From assembly GCA_038087875.1 (NCBI GenBank), contig CM075990.1, forward strand, positions 17,424,001 through 17,488,000: a stretch of DNA of 64,000 nt. The letters are read 5' to 3'. Of the stretch, positions 14,041 through 64,000 are shown in pieces; position 1 is the stretch's first letter; each line of letters opens with the position of its first letter. The position numbers and the translations under genes are program-made. This stretch comes from Malacoraja senta. Taxonomy: Eukaryota. The notes under the pieces are model-generated. The model had not been told where the DNA came from. It did no database searches and saw only the letters and a program-made list of their open reading frames with translations.

Positions 14041-15064
14041 ACATGGGGGTTGTTAACAGAAGGCTGTGGAGGCCAAGTCAATTGATATTTTTAAGGTAGA
14101 GCTAGATTCTTGATTAGTGCGGGTCAGGGGTTATGGGGAGAAGGCAGGAGAATGGTGTTGAGAGGGAGAGATAGATCAGCCATGATTGAATGGCGGAGTA
14201 GACTTGATGGGCCGAACGGCCTAATTCTGCTCCCATCACTTATGAACTTAACTTTTGCCCAAACACCAGGATTTTCGTATTTCAATTCTGCACATGAGTT
14301 TAAATGAGACTAGCTGTCCAGTTACTCTCAATATATTTGTTAAGATTTGCGTTACAATCATTTACTGTCAATTCAAAACAGACTGAAGCAAATTTAATTT
14401 CCTGGCAAACTTTTCTCCACAACAGATTCATTAACTAAAGGCTCCATTAAATGATTATAAAGCATTATTTAATGTGTGTGGGGGTGGGGAGGACAATTAA
14501 AGCCCGTATTTTCATTAGTACTTTCTCACGGGGAAAATCTAGTAGATTCTCACAGGCCTGTTGTTGTTTTTCATTAGTAGCTAACAATTCCATTGACACT
14601 GTTATCTAATCCAATATGTTCCTTGGGTTTTCAGGAGGTTAGGTCTTGGGGCGGGATAAGAAAGCGGCAGTTCAACAAAGTGCAATGACCCTGATTGATA
14701 TTAAAGTGTGTATTTGTAGGGCCAAGAGTCATGAGTATTTAATTGTCATATGAACCGGTAATGGAACAGAGCCATTCTAACTTGCTGGATCTTTACAGGG
14801 CCATTATTGTAATAACACACACATAAATATACAAGAATCAATAATGCAATAAATTAACAATCATTAATACCAGGTAACCTGACGTAACAGTCCAAAACCA
14901 GTCTAGAGTGCAACCAATGACACAGATCTGCCCCTCCACCCCTCCCCAGTTTTTTCTGCCCCCCCCCCTACTCTCCCCATCTGGGGCAACGACAGCCCTC
15001 CCTGCACATTCCTGCTGCCCTCCAAATGTTAGTAGAATGTCAGAAATGTTAGTAACCCTCCCTG

Positions 15065-15785
15065 TTTGGGAGAGTTCTCACGACTAGAGTCTAGGACCAG
15101 AGGGCATAGCCTCAAAGTTGAAGGACGTTCCTTTAGGAAGGAGATGAGGAGAAATTTCTTCAGTCAGATGGTGGTGTTTCTGTGGAACTCATTGCCACAG
15201 TTGGCTGTGGAGGCCTTGAAGTCAATGGATAATTTTAAGGCAGATGGATAGATTCTTGATTAGTACGGGTGTCAGGGGTTATGGGGAGAAGGCAGGAGAA
15301 TGGGGCTGAGAGGAGAAGATAGATCAGTCATGATTGAATGGCGGAGTAGACTTGGGCCAAATGGCCTAATTTTGTTCCTATCTTTATGAACTATAGTAGA
15401 TCCCAGTTGCTGGGGTTAGTTGCTGTCCAGCAATCCTGCCCAGTCTCCACCTATCACAGATATTTCCGTTGTTCGACCAACACTGCCCTTCCTCTTTAGC
15501 AACAGCATATTTATAGAAACATAAAAAACAGATGCAGGAGTAGGCCATTCGGCCCATCGAGCCAGCACTGGCATTCAATATGATCATTCAAAATCAGTAT
15601 CCCATTCCTGCTTTCTCCCCATATCCCTTGATTCCGTTAGCCCTAAGAGCTAAATCTAACTCTCTCTTGAAAACATCCAGTGAATTGGCCTCCACTGCCT
15701 TCTGTGGCAGAGAATTCCACAGATTCACAACTCCCCGGGTGAAAACGTTTTTCCTCATCTCAGTCCTAAATGGCCCACCCCTTAT
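15065..15785. mobile_element. Two CR1 3' fragments in opposite orientation (about 15065-15390 +, about 15513-15785 -)
   Basis: SRTRGHSLK...NSLPQ coding remnant and CR1 3' UTR motifs. Confidence 0.8.
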
Positions 15786-16854
15786 AATGTTGCCTTGTTC
15801 TTACAGCTAGAACACTAATTCTGCTTCTCTCTCCACAGATGCTGCTTAAGCTGCTGAGTGTTTCATTTCTGATTTCCAGCATTTGTAATATTTTGCTTTT
15901 CATTTTAATTTTATTCAGACATAAATAGGCAGTAGCTGGTGTTGTCTTCAATCTTAGTAATGCTAATAGATTGATAATTATTAAATGTGCTTGGAAATCA
16001 ATATGAACATTTTAAACGCATTGCTGGAAATGGTAAAGAATGGTTTCGGTACAATTATGTGAAGAAGTTCAATTTCAGTCGTAAAATATTTATTTGAGAA
16101 ATAAATCCTCAAGATAATTGTCTATTGAAATACAATGTCTCAGAACGTAATGGCAACTATTATATTAATTATGAGCAAACAAAGGGCTGGAGGAACTCAG
16201 CGGGTCAGGTAGTATCTGTGGAGGGAATGGGCAGATGATATTGCGGGTCGGGACCTTTCTTCAGACTGGCTGTGATGGTAGCAGCAGGACTCACAGAGAG
16301 TGAGTAGTGAAAGAGGGTCTCACACAGAACTCATGTTGGAGAGAGAAGAACCTCTTCAAAGTTGGCAAACCTTGAGTTTTCACAGTGTAGCAGTAAAATT
16401 GAAAGACAAGAAACTGCAGATACCGGAATCTTGAGCAGAAAAAAGTGCTGGAGGAACTCAGCAGGCTAGGCAACATCAGTGAAGGAAATACTTTACCAAA
16501 AAAGCAATAGAAACATTTTTTCAGCTAATATAAACAAATCACACCAATTTTTAAAATGCAACCAGAGTTTGCAAAAACCTTTGCCATCAACTTCACCATA
16601 ATAGTACGTGGAGTGAGAATGCAGATATAAGTTTTCTGGTTCAGTTGGGGTGGTTTTGCCAACAACAGAGCTGACACATCACACCAGCAGAGACACAGAA
16701 TGCTGGAGTAACTCAGCAGGACAGGCAGCATCTCTGGAGAGAAGGAATGGGTGACGTTTCGGGTCGAGACCCTTCTTCACACTGATCACATTACATCAGG
16801 GAATGATATTAAGACATAGGACATAATAACATACACTTGCACTCTGCAGCTAAA

Positions 16855-17155
16855 TTTAGTTTAGTTTAGAGATACAGCACGGAAACAGGCCCTTTGGTCC
16901 ACCGAGTCTGCACCGACCAGCAATCCCCGTACATTAGCACTATCCTACACACGGTGGGGACAATTGCTACATTTATACCAAGCCAATGAACATACAAACC
17001 TGTACGTCTTTGGAGTGTGGGGGAAACCCGGAGAAAACCCACGCAGATCACAGGGAGAACGTACAAACTCCGTACAGACAGCACCCGTGGACAGGATCGA
17101 ACCCTGGTCTTTGGCGCTGTAAGGCAGCAACTCTACCGCTTCGCCACCGCGCTGC
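16855..17155 (-). mobile_element. HE1/V-SINE-type tRNA-derived SINE, near full length
   Basis: tRNA-like head GGTGGCGAAGCGGTAGAGTTGCTGCC...GGTTCGATCC (A/B boxes), central V-like domain, LINE-derived tail, (AAACT)n. Confidence 0.88.
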
Positions 17156-19650
17156 GCAAGATCTCAAAACACCAGAAACTATGCAAATGTTAAATCTTTG
17201 CCCTGTAAAAAGATCTTAGTTTGGAGCAAAGAGACCAATCCGGGCACTGGCAGAATAAAGCAACGATTAGGTGGGGAGATTTGGAAGTTTGGAGTAATAA
17301 ATTCTCAGGTTACGGACACAAGAGGGATTGGGTTCTGTAACAGTCTACAGGTTACAGCAAAACCCTGATGCATCAAAAACTCAGCAACAACCAATGACTG
17401 GTGCAATCTATAACGGAACACAAACAGTGGTCACTTCTTAAAAATGTTCTAAAGGTTTAGGTTTATTATTGCCAATATACAGAGTTACAGTGAGATGTTT
17501 TGTTTTGCATGCTATCCAAATAGATCATATATACTCGACATAGATATAATCAGGTCAAACTCAAGTACAAGAAATTCATGGTAAAAACATTAAAGGTAGA
17601 CAAAAATGCTGGAGAAACTCAGCGGGTGAGGCAGCATCTATGGAGCGAAGGAAATAGGTGATGTTTCGGGTCGAGACCAAGTTACTGCAGCATTTTGCGT
17701 CTATCTTTGGAAGTTCAAGGTCACCTTTGTGGACTGAAAGTGAAAGAGTTAGCAATCTAGTATTGACACAGTCACATCATAACACCAAATGCAGCACAGT
17801 TTACACAGTAATGAGGTATAGTTCAACAGAATTCATCCACCACCTAGAAGGAGTATTGAGTGTTGCTGGATGGTGGAATGAGATGATAGGAAATGTGTAG
17901 TGCCCTCCTTTTCCATCAGCCAGGGTCCCAAATTCCACATTCTACTTGTGACTGCATGGCTTTCCTCCCACATCCCAGACATGTGGCCTCTGTAAATTGC
18001 CTCTAGTTCAATGGTTTAATGGTGTGTATACAGGGAGTGAATGAGAAAGTGGGATAGCATAGAACTAGTGAACAGGTAATCGATGGTCAGCATGTACTCG
18101 GTAGTCACTAAGTTCAACAAACACCTTCCAGGTGAAGCAGCAATCTCATTGTCTAACGCATTCAATTTTCCCAATATAGAGGTTAGATATATTATTGTCA
18201 TGTGTACCGAGATAGTGAGATATTCTTCCCTCGCGGCTGTCACCAAACCGGCTGGCTGTTCCCAGTATTCTCTTTTATTTCAGATTTCCAGCAACTGCAG
18301 CATTCTGTATTGCACAATTCCAACACTGTTCTCTCTCATTTATCATTCATCTTCTAACTACTGTTGCCCCTGAGAGGTAAGCTGCAATTGACATGCCACC
18401 ACTATCCTCTCCCTGCCAGCACCATTTGCTCCAGCGTGTCTTGCTCTTCATCTTATCATTGACATTCCCTTTGTTTCCTCCGTATCACAAGCTCTTTGCT
18501 GAGTTTTAACTGGTTCTAATGACTTGGATCTTGAACTATTTCTCTCCTCATAGATGCTGCCTGACCCAATTCCATGATGTTGCTTACTTTCAAGTCTCTT
18601 CAAATTAGTATAAAATGTCCAATGGCACCATGTGTAAACTTGCAGGAAGTTTAGCCAACAATCCAAAAACAAAAGGATACGGGGAGAAGGCAGGAACAGG
18701 ATACTGATTGTGGATGATCAGCCATGATCACATTGAATGGCGGTGCTGGCTCGAAGGGCCGAATGGCTTACTCCTGCACCTATTTTCGCTGGACTTGCGC
18801 ATACGTAATATGCATGCACACATATATAGTGAGCACATATTAGAAAGCAATTCACTGACTGTAAACTTCAAATATTCTGTCGTGATAACATACTCCATAA
18901 ATTCAAGTTCCATTTGTTGTAACTGAGATTTATAAATAGAATAGTATTGATAATATGAAAGGGGCAACCACTGCCTATTTGACCAAGGAAGGAAAATGAG
19001 CCAGAACAAGCTGCAGCACCAGGACGAATGATCGGCAGTGAAGAGACCATGGCACAACACTCAATACATGCTTCTCTCCATCTTCAAAACCAAACCTCGT
19101 CTTACTATCACTCAAGATTCTGGCATCCTAAATAAGCAAACTTTGTAACTTGATAATCTATAAATTCACAAAGCTTATCAAATGGAGATCTAACTTCCAT
19201 CCTTCTCAATATCCAGTCCTTAATTATTACTTGGGATAACATTATTCCAGTTCATAATTATCACTTATGATAATATTATTCTAGTACTTCATTATCATTT
19301 GGAATAATATTATCCATGCTATTAGAATTATTACAAAAGGCCAATTTAAACACACTCAGATTATCAAACTGACTAAAGATAGCAGGTGATCCAATGAAAA
19401 CTACTACTATATTATAATAATCATAATGAATTGAAACTTGTCACATATTTAACTTCCAAGCATGCAGTTTTCCCCTGAGGTAGGTAGCAACATTTTCTAA
19501 ATATTAAATATCAAAGCTCAATATAAAGATCTTTCTTTTAAGTCTAGGCCACTGACTAAAATGGACACAGTTTAATGAAGCTGTTCTGGACAGATGTACC
19601 TGAAAGAATATTTGTTGACTTTTACAAAATTTGTCATGGATAATTTAATC

Positions 19651-19656
19651 TTTATT
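19651..19656 (-). promoter_or_regulatory. Candidate polyadenylation signal AATAAA for ERCC6
   Basis: tttatt on the + strand, about 90 nt past the stop codon; usage unverified. Confidence 0.35.
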
Positions 19657-19745
19657 TATAAAATAATTACTTTACTTAGCAGCAATTAAATCAATAGTTG
19701 CCAGATCGTCTCCGGGACATTCCACAATGGGATCGGCAGGAATGT

Positions 19746-61242
<41,497 letters not shown>

Positions 61243-62171
61243 TGTCTTCGGTCTATAACAGGAGCAGAGTGAACAATGACACAGACTGATTACAAGAGCA
61301 CGGCACGCAGGCTAGGAATGGATTCATACACTGGACTACGGGGATCCAGTGGACGTGGTGTATTTAGATTTGCATACAGGCATCAATAAGATCCCACATA
61401 GTTTGTCAACAAGATTAGAGGATCCTGTAGTGATGGAGGATGAGGGGTGATATTACAAAAGTGTACAAGATCATGAGAGGAATACATCAGGTAAATGCAT
61501 AGTCTTTTGCCCAGAGTAGGAGAATCGAGAACAAGAGAACCCAGTTTAAGGTGAGGGGGGAGATTTAATAGGAGCCTGAGGGGACGTTTTTTTACACAAA
61601 TGGTGGTAGGTATGTGGAACGAGCTGCCAAAGGAGGCAATTGAGGCAGGTATTATCATAACGTTCAAGGCATTGGCAGGTACGTGGATAAGATAATAGAC
61701 AATAGACAATAGGTGCAGGAGTAGGCCATTTGACCCTTCGAGCCAGCACTGCCATTCAATGTGATTATGGCTGATCATCCACAATCAGTACCCCGTTCCT
61801 GCCTTCTCCACATATCCACTGACCGCTATTTTTAAGAGCCCTACCTAGCTCGGATAAGTTCATACACAGCCTAAAATTTAGCTTAGATAGGTTCATACAC
61901 AGCCTAAAATTTAGATGAATGGGAGTAAAAATAGAGTACTGGAGTAACTCTGCAGGTCAGGCAGCATCTTTGGAGAACATGGGTAGGTGATGTTTCAGAT
62001 CAAGAACCTTCCTCAGATTCACACTTCAAGAGTGTTTTATTGTCATATGTCCCAAAACGGAACAATTAAATTCTTACTTGCAGCAGCACGACGAGATGAG
62101 ATAAGAGTACTTTGTAAACACCCATAATAAACAACAAAGAAAAGTATAGAGACACAAAATGCTGGAGTAAC

Positions 62172-62752
62172 ATCAGTGCCTCTACTTCCTGAGATTACGG
62201 AGAGTCGGTTTGTCAAGGAGGACTCTCTCTAACTTCTACAGGTGCACAGTAGAGAGCATGCTGACCGGTTGCATTGTGGCTTGGTTCGGCAACTTGAGCA
62301 CCCTGGAGAGGAAAAGACTACAAAAAGTAGTAAACACTGCCCAGTCCATCATTGGCTCTGACCTCCCTTCCATCGAGGGGATCTATCACAGTCGCTGCCT
62401 CAAAAAGGCTGGCATTATCATCAAGGACCCACATCATCCTGGCCACACACTCATCTCCCTACTACCTTCAGGTAGTAGGGAGATGAGGACTGAAGACTGC
62501 AACGACCAAGTTCAGGAATAGCTACTTCCCCACAGCCATCAGGCTATTAAACCTGGCTCGGACATAACACTGAACTTTATTAGCCAATACTGTTATTTGC
62601 ACTTTATCAGTATATTGATTCATGTGTGTATATATTTATAGAATGCCTTGTGGTCAATGCCTACTATGTTCTGTTGTGCTGTAGCAAAGCAAGAATTTCA
62701 TTGTCCTATCAGGGACACATGACAATAAACTCACTTGAACTTGAACTTGAAC
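62172..62752 (+). mobile_element. Rex1/Babar-type LINE 3' fragment (intron 1)
   Basis: LSNFYRCTVESMLTGCIVAWFGN...IIKDPHHPGHTLISLLPSG; AATAAA and (ACTTGA)n tail; related fragment at about 29335-29560. Confidence 0.82.
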
Positions 62753-63499
62753 ACCAATTGGTTCGCTCCTGAATTGCTGTCTGACCGCTCAGTTACTCCA
62801 GCAATTTGTGTCTATCTGCAGTTCCTTCCTACACATAAAAATCATATACATAAATTTAAAAAACAGACACTAATAGTGCAAAGACATAATCAATGCCTCC
62901 AAGTCTATGTAGTTCGGAGTTTATTTGGAGGTTGTCGTGTAGTGATGCTTGTAGTTGCCGCTCCATGTTCTCCAGAACTTTGTAGAAACAAAGAACTGCA
63001 GATGCTGATTTACACCAAAGGCACAAAGTGCCCATCTATCTGAAGTAGGATCAGGACCAGAAACATCACCTATCCATGTTCTCCATAGATACTGCCTGAC
63101 CCGCTGAGTTACTCCAGCACTCTGGGTCCATCTTCAGCAGAACTGTGATTCTTGCTCTAGATTTGCAGCATATTCGGTTCCCTGTGCCTGACTTTCACCC
63201 TTTGATCCGGTTTATGTTTAAAGGGAACCTAATGGCAAGTATTTTCACACACACACCACACACACACAGAGGGGGGGTGGTTTCTATGTGGCTGAGGAAG
63301 TCGTATAGACACAAGGAGCTGCAGGTGCCGGTTTACACAAAAAGACACAGAGTGCTGGAGTAACTCAGTGGGGTCAGGCAGCATCTGTGGGGAACATGGA
63401 CTGGTGAATTTTGGGGTCGGGATCCTACTTCAGGTAGATGGGCACTTTGTGCCTTTGGTACAAATCAGCATCTGCAGTTCTTTGTTTGTACAAAGTTGT

Positions 63500-64000
63500 G
63501 GAGAACATGGAGCGGCGACTGCAGCACCGGTGGAGTAACATCAGCGGCTCAGGCGGTGCAGGAGCCCGGGGTGAGGGAGGGGGGGGAGAGCGGCGTCTCT
63601 CCGGTACAGCCCGAGGCCCGGGGATCGGCTCTGACAACCGGCGGCACAGACAGAGTTGCTGCCCGAGTCCCAGCGCCAGGGGCCCGGGATCCATCCCGAC
63701 CCGACCCGACCACGGGTGCTGTCTGTACGTTCTCCCCGGGACAGCGTGGGTTTTCTCCGGGTGCTCCGGTTTCCCTCCCGGGAACCCCGGGCCCTCCACA
63801 ACGGCCCTCGGCCCGCACCCCGACCGTCAGCCCCCTCCCCCTCCCCCCCCGCTCACCGTACGGCCAGTCGGACTCACCGCCACCGCCGCCCGCCGCGCCT
63901 CGCCCACAGCGCCCCCCACTGGGCTGGAGGACCCATCACCACCTCCCGCCGCAGCGCACCCACCAGGCCGGAGGACCAGCGCCCTCCCCTCGCCCACAGC
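63500..64000 (-). promoter_or_regulatory. CpG island / probable ERCC6 promoter and non-coding exon 1 (candidate donors after 63878 and 63857)
   Basis: Very GC- and CpG-rich. Minus-strand CG|gtgagt (GT at 63877-63876) and CG|gtgagc (GT at 63856-63855). Exon 2 has an acceptor 10 nt upstream of the ATG, so an upstream exon is required. Confidence 0.7.

Noticed and set aside
1250..19700. DRGX or other coding exons downstream of ERCC6
   Set aside because: I looked for MFYFHCPP and homeodomain (RNRTTF, WFQNRR) coding sequence and found none. Non-coding exons cannot be excluded.

Overview
This is vertebrate genomic DNA. The repeat content (HE1/V-SINE-type tRNA SINEs, CR1 LINEs, a Deu-domain SINE) points to an elasmobranch, probably a skate or ray; the species assignment is an inference. 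The main feature is a complete ERCC6 (CSB, Cockayne syndrome B SWI2/SNF2 ATPase) gene on the minus strand. I reconstructed 20 coding exons by hand (61242 to 19746; 4488 nt, 1495 aa, all splice phases consistent), plus a probable non-coding exon 1 in a CpG island at the right edge. The gene has two consecutive GC-AG introns and one GAG acceptor. The left 19 kb is intergenic. It holds a nearly intact DD34E Tc1 transposon with IR/DR ends, a CpG-rich patch with (GT)n and (GA)n tracts, and homeodomain-motif-dense unique blocks. The most striking unexplained signal is an abundant ~100-200 bp repeat, often present as inverted arms. It carries a minimal type I hammerhead ribozyme core (CTGAAGA-A-GGGT[CTCG]ACCC-GAAAC-GTC) and is linked to Penelope-like GIY-YIG C-terminal remnants. 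One copy with an intact core lies on the ERCC6 sense strand in intron 4. I found no prokaryotic-type systems and no PGBD3-like insertion.
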